In this document: in pieces, positions 38,101 to 53,000 of the stretch
Numbering within the stretch: the stretch's first letter is position 1
Layout of the letters: every line of letters starts with the position of its first letter
Assembly (NCBI RefSeq): GCF_902459465.1
Contig: NC_047068.1
Span: forward strand, 18,662,001 to 18,726,000
Reading direction: 5' to 3'
DNA from: Asterias rubens
Lineage: Eukaryota
Length of the DNA: 64,000 nt
Position numbers and translations under genes: made by a program
The notes under the pieces: model-generated
Database searches by the model: none
Seen by the model: only the letters and a program-made list of their open reading frames with translations
Told to the model about the DNA's origin: nothing

Positions 38101-41100
38101 AGGCCCCAATAATGAGAACCAAAACGAGAACGATAAATGAACACCCTCGATCGGTTGAATTGCTCCACGCAGAATACGCCCACGCTTATTCAACCAATGG
38201 AGGGCATGCATTTTTATCGTTTTCTTTTTCGTTCTCGTTATTGGGGCCTGTGTGACCAGGCCTTAAGTCCAGAGTTCCACAGTGCTATGTAATTGGGCTC
38301 TATCTTGCCATACCCACATAAAGAGATTGTCACATTGTATTTAAAGTGACTTCCCAACGAGCACCAACAGTCCTCACTTCATTGTTTACAAAGCAGGCAG
38401 TTTATCAAATTTGAATGATCACTCAACTAATTTAAGTCGACGTAGAGTTTAACACACTGAAGTGTACCACAAGATGTACCTCACCCTATCACAACAAGTT
38501 ATTGTACGTGGTTAGTATGTGTGCCTACTACTGCCTTGTCCAAATACCATGTCATGGTTTGTAATGTATAAATAAATCAGCTGGAAATATACCTGTTGCC
38601 CCCTTTGCAAGCTTTGGATACAATTATATCACTTATAATAATACCCTTTGGGAATGCCTACAAAACAGGCCTTGCTTATTATGTGGACCACTAGCAGGAG
38701 AAAGGAATGCCTGCCTTGGAATTTCAAAGCTTAGACAAGACAAACTGTAGCACTGGCATATCTTAAAGGAACACATTGCCTTGGATCGTTCGAGTCTTTG
38801 AAAAGCAAAATCGTTTGTTTTATAATGCATATGCTGAAAGATATTTTAAAAGTAGAATATAATGATCCACTAAAGTATAACTCGAAATTGCGTGGTTTTC
38901 CTTTGACCTCGTCGACAAACACGGTCAGCCATTTATGGGAGTCACATTTTGACCCCCGTAAATGGCCGACCGTATTAGTTCGCAAAGTAAAAGGAAAACC
39001 ACGCAATTTCGAGGCAAATGTGTGTGGATCATTGTATTCTACTCTTTAAACATCTTTTTAACCATATGCATTTTATAACAAACGGTTACAAACGCTTTTC
39101 AAAGATCAACTTGACCGATCCAAGGCAACGTGTTCCTTTAAAGAAAAGATTCTGAGATTAAATTTAATTTTGGGGATACACTCTTCTTTTTTTTTTTCAA
39201 TAGATAGGGTCCTTTTGAAAGTGACTGACTCCTGTGAAGTATTATAATTTACAGTATAGTAATATGGTTTCACCGTACACCGATTGTGTGATAATTGTGT
39301 GATTTTTCTCTCGAGTAGTGCAGGAGTAAAACCTGCTGGCATACTACTCATGTGGGATTAAAAACTGTGACCCCCACATTGTGACCCCCACATTTTATTG
39401 CAGGGCCAAATGTCGTAGCTCTGCTTATACCATAAGCAAACAATTGCCCCTTACCAAAACTGGGAATTCCGAGCTTACGTCAAGCATTTTCACTGCTTAG
39501 CAGTAAATTGTTGCTTAGGTGCGTACGTACTCTATGTTACTAGGCAATCTAAAGTGGGGAACAGTGATCGTAAGCGCAGAATTAGGGGATAAGCAGAGCC
39601 ATGAAATAGGACCCACATATCTTAATTCACACATTTTCTAGCAGGTATCTCAACCACTAGCCCAACAATCGTGCCCTCAAACATCTAGAACAAATTACAG
39701 ACACAAAAAAGGGCACAACTAAGTGTATGCACACATTGGTCATCAAATTGGATCCCACTTTTAAATGCACTCTATATAAGAGTGAACAAAATATGCCGAA
39801 TTGTTCAAATACCTCAGCAGGAAGAAGTGTGTATTTGTACATGAGCTTCAGACCAGTCAGTAGCTCATTGGTTGACATAATCAAGTACTCTACAAACTGT
39901 CGATTGATAACGATCCAATCCGATCCGCCGTCCAGCGTGATTCCTAGAGGGAGTTGACGATCGCCCAGACGCCACATGTGTGTGTCGCACTCGAAGAATG
40001 TCTTATCTAATCCCTGCTTTTTAATGAATCTGGCGGGAGGTAGAAATCAAGAAAACAGCGTTAGAAACTGTAGGATTTGAAACTTTGCATGATGTAAATT
40101 AGTACAGCTTATGCTGTGTCCGAGTTGGCGGCTACAGCTAGGGCTACAGCTAGATTTCCACATCATCATGCGTTGAGGTATAGGACATTTTTGGCAACAC
40201 CCTTAGCAACAGCCGTAGCCGTTGCTGCAGACGCAAATTCGGATAAAGCCCAAGAGAGGTTGGCGGTACACCACTAGTGAATATCTTTTTGAGTAGTACA
40301 TAAGCAGCAACAAGTAACAGAGTCCAGCATTCTCCTGGAGATGGTCAGAGCATACTGATTGAATTGTTGAGTCATTAACCATTGGTTAGAACCCAGTATA
40401 ACTCAAAGATATTCTCATTGTGTAATCGCAAACATGTCTTAGCAATTTTTGTCTGGTTTCTGAAACCAACAAAATGGCAATCAATACCTTTTGAAAAACA
40501 TATCTGTGGACAACTCAGATGAAAACCTGATTGAGTTATTTATATAGGTCATACAAGCATAAGGTCAGAGGTTAAATGAAGGTCAATATTAAAAGCAGAT
40601 AGTCAGAAACAGGAAAGGATAGAGCATACATGTAATGTAGGGTGATACCCAGGGAGATGTAGTGCACTCAGGAGGGTCATGGTCACACATGTTATCCCAA
40701 TTGGGTATGAACGGTTTTAAAAAACGGTGTTAATCCAGGGTTAGGTCAGATGCATGGGGTGAGGAGTCAGTGCCACCAAGATATCCCAAATGGGGTATGA
40801 AAAGGGGGACTAGTGGTCAGTGCCACCAAGATATCCCAAATGGGGTTTGAAAAGGGGGACTAGTGGTTAGTGCCACCAAGATATCCCAAATGGGGTATGA
40901 AAAGGGGGACTAGTGGTCAGTGCCACAAAGATATCCCAAATGGGGTATGAAAAGGGGGACTAGTGGTCAGTGCCACCAAGATATCCCAAATGGGGTATGA
41001 AAGGGGGGACTAGTTGGGGGAAAAGTCCTGTTGTGATACGGTTTGAACCGGGGTCCACTAAGGTGAAAAGCAGAGAAAGAAACCACTAAGCAAACCAGAC

Positions 41101-44100
41101 TCCCAACTTATCAGTATTTCTTCGTAAACATTTAATAAACCTTTTTTATCTTCAAGTAGGCTTGAATCCTTGATTCTGATTGGTCCATCCAACAAAAGTG
41201 TGATATAAACACTTCAGCCTCATTGGATATGGGACGCAGAAGCGCTGTATTTTTCCGTGATAACTTATAATATCCAGCACTGTTGAATCGCTAATCTGCT
41301 TACAAGAACCACTGGCAAGCTAGTGGGCTTCTTGCTTTGCTTACAGGCAGCAATGCTTATGAAATGGGATTCTTCTAATGGGATCTCCATAAATAGAAAA
41401 CATCCGCTTATGTTATATGAATTTGGCCCTGGTAGATTATTGGAAAATTGTCAATTATCTTTGTTTTATTTTACCTATAAATCTTTAATCTTTATTGTTT
41501 GTCCCGAAAAAATTTGCGAAAAAAAGTTAACAGCCTGACTTTTCGACCCTAGCAGAGTCAGTCTCAAAGGCTAAAAAAGGAAACAACCTTGTTGAATATT
41601 AATTTTTTACCCATACACTGATGTGTGTTAGCACTGTATACTCAGTACTTCCCCAAGTCCAGTGAACAAAATATCACAGGCAAACACTGTATTACTCAGG
41701 TGGGATTTGAACCCACGACCCTTGCAATTCTAGAGCAGTGTCTTACCAACTAGACTACCGAGATTGCGCGGTAGCTATAGAGGCAGTTTGAATCCTATGT
41801 TTTGGCAGCGGGTACCGCATTGATATAATAGATGTTAAATTTGCATCTAGGATAAAGAATACGAACTTTGGTTTCTACACCAAATAATACACCAATGACA
41901 AACTTATGCCCCTAACCACCTCATTGGACTTATTTCATTGGTCTCATATTGCATGTATTGTTCTAGATTTAATTCTTAGAACTTCCCATCTGGGTCATTA
42001 CTTCACATCAGGGAACCATCTACCCATAGCACTCTCCCTTTAAATCTCTCCAGGGTTAAAATAATAAAAAGCCAGCATGTAGCTTCAACCCATGTGTTGC
42101 CAACATCCTCTCTCCTTATTGTTTTTAATCCACAGGCCAAAGTCATTTGAAGACAGGGGTGGGTGGACCATGTGGTCTAGCTCAACGTTTGTTTTTTACA
42201 AACTTAGTTCCCTGTTCGACCCTGACACATTCAGCTAATAATACACCAATGACAAACTTATGACCCTAATAACAATAAATTAAATAACTACATAAACAGT
42301 AGTGGCATAATTGCAGTTATACATAGCTCAAATATCTAAGAACAAAACACAGGTGACTAGGATTCAACATGGATTCAACTACGGGCGTATGTATCTGGAT
42401 GCAGACTTTGGACATGGACTCACCCCCCAAATGACTCAAGAGCAATTTTACATTGTGATAGGTAATGTGGACAGACTACAGTACCAATTCTACTACACCT
42501 GTAAGATCTGGGCCCAATTTCATAGAGCTGCTTAGCACAAAAAATGCTCAGCATGCAATTGCTTCCTTGATAAAAACAGGATTACCAACTAAACTTCCAT
42601 TTGTTGCATATTGCTTGTTACTCAGCTGTTGTTTACTTATTCTGAAAATCATGTGGAAATTTGGTTGGTAATCTTGTTTTTAACAAGGAAGACATTGCCA
42701 AGCAAATTTTTGAGCTAAGCAGCTCCATGAAATTTGGCCCTGGCGCTTGGCCAGCAGAGCAGACAACTGCTTGGAGAAAACACCATGGATATGGTGTGTC
42801 AATTACTTGCAATCTAGAATATGATGGATTTAGGGTGTTTCCCATAAACCAAAAATCTCTGTTGAGGTTCAACTTTTGAAAGACCCTCTTCCCCACAGGG
42901 CATAACCTACATGTAGTTGTGTCATTGTGTAAAACGAAATCAAGAGACAACGAACTTGATGGTTTAATAAACCTTGCAGGTAAATCCATGGAATTCAACA
43001 ATGTCTATGGCTCTGTAACCCAGAAAAAGGATAAGCTCTGAGTGGTAGTGAAAATGATCCCAAAACCAAACAGGGGTTAATATTGGGGTGGGTGTCAAGG
43101 AAAGAAAGGTTGTTCAAAATGTACATAAAAAGTAATGAATTAGTGGACGAGTGTACTTTGTAGGGGGTAACGAAAATGATTAAATGCAAGAAAACCTCTG
43201 AAGCACAAACACCAAAAATTGCTCCAAACCCGAGTTTGCGTAATACCTCAAAGAAAGATTTTCAAAATTCTATTTCATAAGTACTACTAGTGTGAGAAAG
43301 TATACTTTGAAGGGGTAGGGAGGTATTAACACATACTTATTCACTTCAAGAAAACCTCCGAAACGCTGACACAAACCAAAACTTGCTCCCGAGCAAAGTG
43401 TGTGTATACCTCAAAGAAAGACAGTATGAAGTCTACTGCATCAGTATTAATAGTGTGAGAAAGGAGTGGGTGGGAAGGAGTCTAAAATTGTGTATTTACT
43501 GCAAGAAACCCTCCAAAACAACGCACAAACCAAAATTTGCTCCAAACTAAAGGGTGCATATACTTGTATGAAAGAAATATTGTTATATTCAGGAAAAGGA
43601 ATTTACGTAGTAACGGGGATAAATTTAGAATGTTTTATTCACTGCAAAAAACTCCCAGGAACACACAAAAACCCAAGGTTGCCCTTCACCAAACAGACAT
43701 TATACCTGGGTAAGTGAAAAACCCTGTGGTGGAGAAATAGAAATAACCTTGGATTAAACCACTGGCGTCTTACCCATTGGTGATGTGCAATGGGAAGCAA
43801 CAGGCCCAACAGACAAAAAATATGGGTCAGTCCAAATGTTAGCAGCTGCAATTATTTGTTTTAAATAAATGTCAGAAATGATATTATGAGACCTGAAAGA
43901 ATTACATGTATACATGGGCAGTTAACCTTGTACCAATAGACCCAGGTTTTGATGCTGTCATGGTTTGCATTGCTTACAAATGATGTATAAAGTGGGTTGT
44001 CAAGCGTTGCTCTTTTTGTTTTCAGTGACTAGCCAGCAGGACCAGTTAGCTTGTCATTTCACTGGTCTACGAGATTTTTACACTGGTCAATATTTGAAGA

Positions 44101-47100
44101 TTTTTCTTTCAATATTGACATCAGCGTGGGAATTGTAATAAACTAAATATGAAGTGTTAAAAGGAGAACGTTGGTACTGCATTTCCAACAGTTTCACAGA
44201 GACAATATTTCAAATTTTTCAACAAAATATTTAACAAACTGTGATGTTTTCAGTACTAAGGTCTAGAGTCATAAAAAACTGATTGACAGTTACATCCATG
44301 AATGAGCTTTCAAAAATTCCTGATGAAATATCAGCCATTATTCGCGGTTTTCTTGTAAGCCCAAGCAAATGATGATAGTGGTGAAACTAAAATATTTGGC
44401 GCTTCCCAAAACCAATGATGCATATTAATGCTTTGAATAAGTTTTTTAAAACGTTAACAAGAAACACATGCGTGCTGGAAGTCATTTGTGCAATGGGACA
44501 AAATGAAGTGATGAGTAAGCAAACAGATATTAATGTTAGAACTCTAAAATGACCAATGGTTAACTATTGAGTACCATCATCAACCAGACAACAAGTCTAG
44601 CAAGCTGATGGTTGGTTCCCTGGTTTAAATTCCACTTATTGTTAATTCCATGGTTTTAGAAACGTTAGTAATGATATAACAAAAACAATGATTAAATTAC
44701 AATCGGACAAATGGTGCTTGTGGAAAAACCCATGAAATGCCAAATATTGTCCCTGTCACCAACTTTTATTCTTACCCCGGTTTAACCTTTCCATTTTTGT
44801 CTTTCCTGTCCAAATCAGAATTGCTTTAAGTTTAATCAAAGTAAAATATAAAGCAGAACACCTTTAAATATTACTATAAGGGCTCACATTCACTGAAAAC
44901 AATTTGATATCAAAAGACGTAAAATAAGTGAACTGGATTACTTTGTTTGCATTGACAGTCATGCAAAATAAAAAACAAGATAAAAAGGGGGAAATTATTC
45001 ATTACAGAAGAGGAAATAAATTCCGACTCTCATTGTTTTTTAAAGATGTGTCACTGGTCGTAAAATGAAATGATAGCAACGATAACATCACTGTCTTTTC
45101 CCTACCCTCTTCCCTTAAATGTGTAAACTCAGAAAGAAGAAGTTCTTTTTATGAATTTAAGTGGGAAGGTCAACTAAAAATATGTCTTGATGGGAAACTG
45201 CTATAAAATGAAGGGAAGTCCCCCTCAATCCACTTGATAAGATCTCACGTAAGAAGAAGTGTGTTTTTAAAATAATATTTGAATTGCCAAACAGCCTGGA
45301 CAAAAAAGTGATACTCTTAACCAAAATCAGGCACTTCCAGAAAATGTTGAAGTGACATTAAGGCTTTACTTTATTTGATGACCAAATGATGAGGTTTTGA
45401 CATGATGTGCCTGGGTTAGGCAGTGATTGTCATGCTCAGCATGCTATTAAATGAACTGGTTTTTACCCTGCATGCAAAAGGGTCTTTGATTATTCACAAA
45501 CATATACATCTTGAATGGAAACACAGACCACTTCAAGATCACATTTAAGCAGTGAATAAAAACCCACATTCCTGGCCGTCAAAAATTAAACGACAAACAC
45601 AAATGGGGGACCTTTTTTGAATGCTTGGTGGCAGTAGACTTACCAGGTACAACCATTGTTTTTAGTATTGTCTGCATGGTAAGAACTTTGTAAACAATGG
45701 AAATTTACCTGGTAAGTCTGCTGCCACCTAGCGTCAAAAGTCTCCATTCTACTCAGAAACATTTTGGCCGCAACTTGATAACAAAACAACTATAAATAGA
45801 AATGAGATTCCTTCATTGTGTATAAATACCTTTCATCGTCACTCCCATGGGACTTCAAGAAGTTGTTTTTACGATATCGACTCAGAAAACTTACTAAATA
45901 GTCATTAGTTCTGCAAAAGAAGATGTTGAGAAAAGTTATTAGATATCAATGAAAACAATAATACTGGAATATATCTGTATACTCAGTACTTTTCTGAGTT
46001 CTGTGAACAAAATCACAGGCATATTACTCTAGTGGGATTCAAACCCACGACCTTTGCAATTGTAGAGTAGTGTCTAACATGTACCAACTGGACCAATGAG
46101 ACTGCCTCTAGCTTAGCTACAAGTTAATCTCGCTGGTCTAGTTTGTAAAACACTGCTCTAGAGTTGCAAAGGTCAAGGATTTGAATCTCACCATAGAGTA
46201 ATATGCCAGTGACGTTTTCACAGAAGTTGGGAAGGTACTGAGTAGAGTACATGTACATGTATATACAGCGATAACACACATGTGTAAGGGTAAGACCCAA
46301 ATTAAGATAATATGTGACATGTATACAAATGTGTACAGCATGGACTGTGAAGTTTGTAAGACATAAAGACTGATGTGATGATTAGACCCTAGAGAAAGGT
46401 CTTTTCTCTATGATTTCCTTTGACAAGGAAAGACCCAATTGCCGCACAGGAAAACATACAGAGTGCCACTATATCCTTTGAATTTTACGCTTCTTGAACA
46501 CTGTGATTTCACAGGAAACAGTGCTATGAAATTTGACCTAGTTTGTGATAGACATGTAAGAGAATCCTGAACAATGAAACCTAAAGGAAATGTCCCAATT
46601 GTCTAATGATGCAAAGCACAACTGTGTACATGTGGTGTGCGTTAGAGTGGACTCTATAGCAGACTATTTGAGTATAGTTTGGAGTCCTTATAATTACACT
46701 TTTCTCCTTCACGAAGGCATTTAACCATAATTGCTCCTCTTCACCCAGGTGTATATATGGGAACCGGAGAGGGCTGATACAGGTATGATAAACCCTTTAG
46801 CCCAAATTCCAGCAGCTTGGGGGTGTACATGTATGCTCCCCAGGGAGTTGAAAGAAGTTTTGTAATAGTGCCTTCATTAAGGATAATGTGAGCATTTAGA
46901 CGTGATACTTCACGGAGGCAATGAAGGCGATGGACCCTTTTCATGAAATATGTAAATTGCACAAAGCCTATGCACACTAACATTTTGGTTGGCAAAAATA
47001 AGGGAAAATTGCGATGTTTTGTACACGGCTAATGGCTGCGTGATGCAGATGCGATTGTGTGTCTGCTTAGTGCACAACTCTATGGGATTTGCCAACCCCG

Positions 47101-49963
47101 GGTCTGTACTTATGGGTGAATGTGATCAGCATATTTTTACGAAAAGGGTCCATTGCCTCCATGCCCCCCCCCCTGGTCATTGTCTTGGTGCAGGCTGCTC
47201 TTACTAAAGAGAAAATGCCTTGGTACACTTGCCCTTTCAAAAAAGAAGCATAGGCGGGCCTGTGAAATACAAAAAAAGATATTTTATCAGTTGTTTATAA
47301 GTGATTAAACCATTGAAGGTTTTGTGCCACACTGCTTTGTCCACAGGCCATGTAAAAGTTTGTAATTTGTTTACGTTGAATCAGTTCAAAATATTAGCAT
47401 GATTAAAAAAAATTATGCATTTCAGGGATGCTTGACAAAACGGCCATGTGTATGATGTGATGTCACTGGTGAAACAAGAGACACAACCATTAAATCTGAA
47501 TGCCATTGCTACCATACAGGCATGTACTGCTGTAGTAGGATAAGCAGTTCTGAATTTCTCTTTCCAATTGACATTTATTTGCAATATGTCATAAGCAAGG
47601 CTTGTTTTTGTGGATATTCCCAGAAAGCATTATTCTAAATGAAATAAATGGAACATACACAATAGGAATTGCTACAGGCAGCTTTCCAGAGGACTTAAAG
47701 TATTACTATTACATCTTTTGAGTGGATGTGTGTATGGTACGTGCACGGACAGACTAAGATGACTTAATCCATGGAAAAATATCATTCAAGTGTATCGGTA
47801 CAGTATATTTTGAGAGTTTCAGATTTTCCACTCAGCTCAATAAGGTCCTCTGATTTATATTTGTGGAAACGTCAACATGGTTATTCATCCAAAATGCATT
47901 CACATTTTAGAAGACACAAAAATAAAGATCAAAGCGCATCCTTTTACAAAGCGCATCTACAATCCTGACCATAACTCGTTTGGCCCCCCTGCCCCCTTTC
48001 AATGTTGGCACAATTGGCGGTCTTCTTTTGCGTTACAGTCAACATTGAGCCGGGGGGGGGGGGGGGGGGGGGTGTGGGGGGGGCGCAGGGAGACAATGTT
48101 TATTGTCAATGGGAAGTGGACAGGCAATGGTTTTCTTCATTAGGAATGGATGGCCCAAGAAATTTGGCTGGGATGTAGCTTTATGCTAAACCCACTATGA
48201 AATACGGACACAATGAGCAGGCTTAGAATTTCATCTTTGAGAGGGCAAGGTCATTTTCATTTCACAAGGGGCATCTCCTGCAAAACTTTTGACAGGCATC
48301 AAGGCCAAGATTAGGGCAACAAAGGCCTTGGCTTTTAGTTTTCCAAAGACCCAAGTCACCAATGTTCTGTGGGCCTGGGCACCAGATGAGGAATGTGCTT
48401 ACTTTATAGGCATGTCTGACTCGCTGAGATTGATAAAGAAGTCCCAATCCCAGTCCTCCATATTCAGGAGGTCCTCCATGCACCGTAGATACACCTCAAG
48501 TAGACTAGCACCGCCCCAGATGGTCGCTAGACGCCATTTGGTCATCCGGATGTTAGAGAAGCCTTTAGTTGCCCTGGCGACCTCTCTGTACAGGTAGTCT
48601 GATCTCTGGACAGGAGAACAAGAAAAGTGGATGCGGTCATTAGATTCAGATGTACAAAGGGAATAAATGGACGCCATGTGATAAACAACCAGTGGTATAG
48701 TGACCAGGGGTCGATTTAACAAAGGCAGTCTTAACTTAAGACTGAGTCTTAGGAGTTATTGAAAACTTAAGACTTAGTCCTAAGTGAGGACGAGTAACCT
48801 GTCCCAACTCGAGATAAGACTAGTCTTAACACTTTGAGAGGTGTAGGGGGTATGGGCTTCCATTGATTTTGAGCATGCATCAAGGATATTTTACACGAGA
48901 TATGTACAACCTTTCAACATTTTAAAACTATGGAGCAAAGTAATTGCTATTTAAGGTATTTAAAGTTTGTGATGCCAGTTTCTGTTCCAGAGTGTTCACT
49001 TTAACACAGAAACATGTTTCTGACCTTCTGGCAGAGTGTTATGTGTATAGGTGAAACCTTAGTTTACAAAGTATTGTTTGCCAAGTTTACAAGTATGTAG
49101 GTATTTCTAAAAAGGAAACCATACAGGGAAAGGTGAACATACAAAAATTCAAACAATCTATTGTTTATCAATATAAACAAGAAATATTAAAACGAGTGAC
49201 ACAAAATAATAAATTTGATTAAAAAAAAAATAAAAAAAAAAAAAAAACGATTGAAATGACACCTGACACTACAGGCTCTCAATAACATCATAGAGATTCT
49301 CCCAAACTAACATTCTACTTGAAATCTCAACAAGTAAAGGCAATCCACACTTCATATCGTGTTATCATTTCCAAATCAAACACAATCGGCTGGAATTCAT
49401 TTCAACATCCTGTATTGTCACACACACACTTGTAGAGTGTTTACCAAAGGATATTACATTTCAATGTAGCAAGATCATATCTTTCCTTAAATCCTACTAA
49501 CGCCCGGTTCATACTTCCTGCGGTTGCGAATGCGAAGTGAATTTGACGTCACGACCCTCATTTCGCAGCGATATTCGCAAGTGAGTTGCCCAAAGTTGCC
49601 CTGCTGCGAGTTATTCATTGCGAATGTATGACGTCAATATTCGTATCGCATTCGCATTCACAGGAAGTATGAACCGGGCTTTACTCTCATCTTTTTTTAC
49701 AATATTCCAATGTGGGTTTTTTTTGTGTAGTGAAAACTATTTATGAAGTAATTGCAGGGTGAATAAACCACACAGCTCAACTGTGATAGGTGTTGATTTT
49801 ATAAAGTCTATTGTATCTGTGACTGTCAGCAGTTTCAAAATCTAAATGTGCAGCTGCCTTCTCACAATGCTAATAGCAATGCTCTAAAGTTAACCAGCAT
49901 CTAACAATATTAATCAATCAATCGAACAACCCATCAATCAATCATTCATTCATTCATTCAATC

Positions 49964-50003
<40 letters not shown>

Positions 50004-53000
50004 CATTACAATGTAGGAGAGGTTTGCAGTAACATCATGTGTAAAGCTCTTTCTTCTGAGAAGAACTATCCCAAAGCATGCTTCCTTGTCCCGATTAGGT
50101 TCTACATAACTCGACTAGCTCAGGCAACAGCTAAGCGTCAGCAGAGAAAGGATAGAGAATGTGAAAGACAACTCCATGGTCCAACCCTTCCTATAACTAC
50201 AACCTGTGACATCTGCCTGAGAGTATGTGGCTCACGGATCGGACTTTTGAGTCATTGACGGGGCCACCTTAGGCACCAGCTACCACAACCCTAATAACTT
50301 TGTTTATTGTGTGGAGAATATCTTCCTCGACATTGAGGGATTGCTTATTTTTATTACTACATGTGATACCCTGAATGAGGACATCTGCCATCAAATGTTT
50401 TGTAACAGCAAAATCAGTTCTGTAGTGTTCCTTTAATGAATGAGTTACTCAACATCCATCTTTTGCTACAGTAACAAGGCATCACATGTTAACATTATCC
50501 TGACAAATGAAGACAACCCTCCCCCCACACAATCCATGTAAGTTTATCATTTAGCCAAAAACTGACATCCATTGATTTTATACATCTCCATCACTCAATG
50601 AATACTGACGTTTGATTAGTGAACAGCCGACGTGCTCTTCTAGAAACCCAGGCTTTCTAAACCAATTTCCCCCCTCCCCTTCGTTCATCCCATTTGAGTG
50701 TTATACCTCCTGACTGATACAACAAATAATCAAGATCAAATTTCCGCTTCTTTCTCCGTGGTGGGTCCGTAGAATCAATTGGAGACTCGGCACACTCTGA
50801 TGCGTGCACGTGGGTGTCACGTTGCGCGTCAAATTAACGCAGCCTGCCTTCTGAATGTCGCTCAGTTCGACCAGCAATGAGACAATTGAGTTATGCAGAT
50901 CGTAACCCACAGGCCCAAGTTTAGAAGTGTTGTGTAGAGGCCATCGAAACAAAAAGTTATGGTTGCCGTCCATTCAAATAAAAAAAAAAGTACAAGGATG
51001 TTCTTTTCGTTCAGTAGAGTCTACAGTAACATCATGAAAGTATCTCTTTTAAATTAGGCAGCTTCTTACAAACAACCTTTACATTAATTCTCACCATTTC
51101 TAACTTCAAGTCCTGCTAACATTTGCTTCTTTCTTCCCTTCATTGTAAGTAGACGAGCATGGAATTCAGTTATGTGAATCACCGAGATGGAACCGCAATT
51201 TAAGTGTATTGGAAACTTTTGAAAGGGCACCAAGACCAAGATCGGGGCAACAGAAGCCATTGCCTTCTTTTCGTTCCGAACCCAGGGTGAGGGAAGTGTC
51301 AAATCGCTCCGCATCAGGATATCCTTCTCCAACCCAAGGATGAATGACAATATGGAAGAGGCTGTGAATTTAATACAAAACTTGTACAGTTTTGAATCCC
51401 TCCTTCATACATTATAATGATTAAAGGGGAAATTGAAGCTGTGCAAATGATAATTTATTGGCACAAGTGTTTAGTAGTTTTCTATAGACCATGAGCATCG
51501 GTGATTAGCCACTAAATTTTGGAGGCTGTATACACGAGTATTCCTTAGGCCCCAAGCACCCCTGTACAATAGAGTCCAGTCACAATGTGCTGTGGCCCTG
51601 GGACCCTGTATTGTATACATGTATGTCCCAGGCTCTTGTGTATTGAAGGCCCTAGATACCAGATTCCAATTGGTACTGCATATAGGTACCATAGTCCTAT
51701 AGGCCCTACTTTACGCACTAGGTACCATTGGGTCCTAAATGTAGGTTCCAGAGTCCAATAGGCCCCAGGTTCCAGTGTCCAGTAGGTCCTAGGCAGCAGA
51801 GTGTAGTCTAGCCCTAGTCTAGTCTAGCCAATGTTTTGTGTCTTTGCATAATGTTATTGCCCAGGACAAATATCCAATCTACTCTGGCATGGTTACCCCC
51901 TTCCCCCCACTCCCTTCTGGAGCTGATGTCCGAGGAATATGCCCAGTGACAAGAGGCCACCTGGAATCATGTTGTTAGCAGCATGTACTCAAAACAAAAA
52001 AACTACTATTCCAAACTATCAGTTACCTATCCTGAACTATACATTAAAAAAAAAAAAAAAAAGTTAGGCTTGGATTTGTACATGTTCATATAGATTCCAA
52101 TATTTTTTTTTTTTTTGTCTGACCAGTGTTTCATCGAAATTGTTAAGTGGTTGGTTTGGATTTCCCAGGTGCTACTAGAGTGGGAGGCATCTCCAATGAC
52201 TAGAATCCCTCTATGTCTATTTCATTTAATTTAATTATGACAATGGACATCCTAAAAGGGCAGATGTACGTGTACTTAATTGAGTATACGTAATGGGTAG
52301 AAATAGACTAACACAAAACACTCCATGTAATGGCATAATTTAAAAAATGAGGAAAAAAAACAAGCTTTCTAATTTCAAAGAAGAGCATTTACATGTAGAT
52401 CATTTTAAAATAACATACTGTATCTCAAATGGACATTTTCTGTACTTAAAGGCACTGGACCCATTTTGTAATTGTCAAAGACCAGTCCTCTCACATGGTG
52501 TATCTTATGCATAAAGTAACAAACCTATGAACATTTGGGCTCAATTGGTCATCAAAGTTCTAAGAAAATATTGAAAGAAAAATACCCTCGTTGTACACAA
52601 TTGTGTAGGCTTTCAGATGCCTGAAAAAGGCTTAAGACCTGAAGCTTTTTAGATTCAAATACTTGAGTGAGAAATTACCTCTTAAAAACTACGTTACTTC
52701 AAAGGGAGTTGTTCTCACAATTTGTTATACTATTAACAACTCTCTATTAATTGTTACCAACTAAGTTTTTATGCTAATATATATTTTTGGTAAATACAAA
52801 AAGTGTTCGGTGGGGGCCTTTAACTTGCTGTGTTCACACAAATTCACACAATTCACACAAATTAATTATACAGTCCATTAAAGTCCTATACTCTGTAGTC
52901 TGCACTGATTTAACCTGGCATGAACTTCAAAAGCCGGTCATTCTTTGTTATACATAAATATTTTTTTTTCTTTTGTAAAGGGAAGCGGCAGCCAAGTTTT

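Noticed and set aside
24760-41015. 50-bp and 61-bp repeat arrays as possible CRISPR arrays
   Set aside because: Units are head-to-tail with no unique spacers, there are no cas genes, and the context is eukaryotic intron
41692-41764. Possible functional tRNA gene
   Set aside because: The anticodon stem has only 3 pairs, the acceptor stem 5, and diverged copies with shared flanks occur elsewhere in the window, so it is repeat-derived
48051-48090. Poly-G tract as a functional G-quadruplex
   Set aside because: A simple homopolymer whose length is unreliable in assemblies; the XYLT transcript carries the C-rich strand
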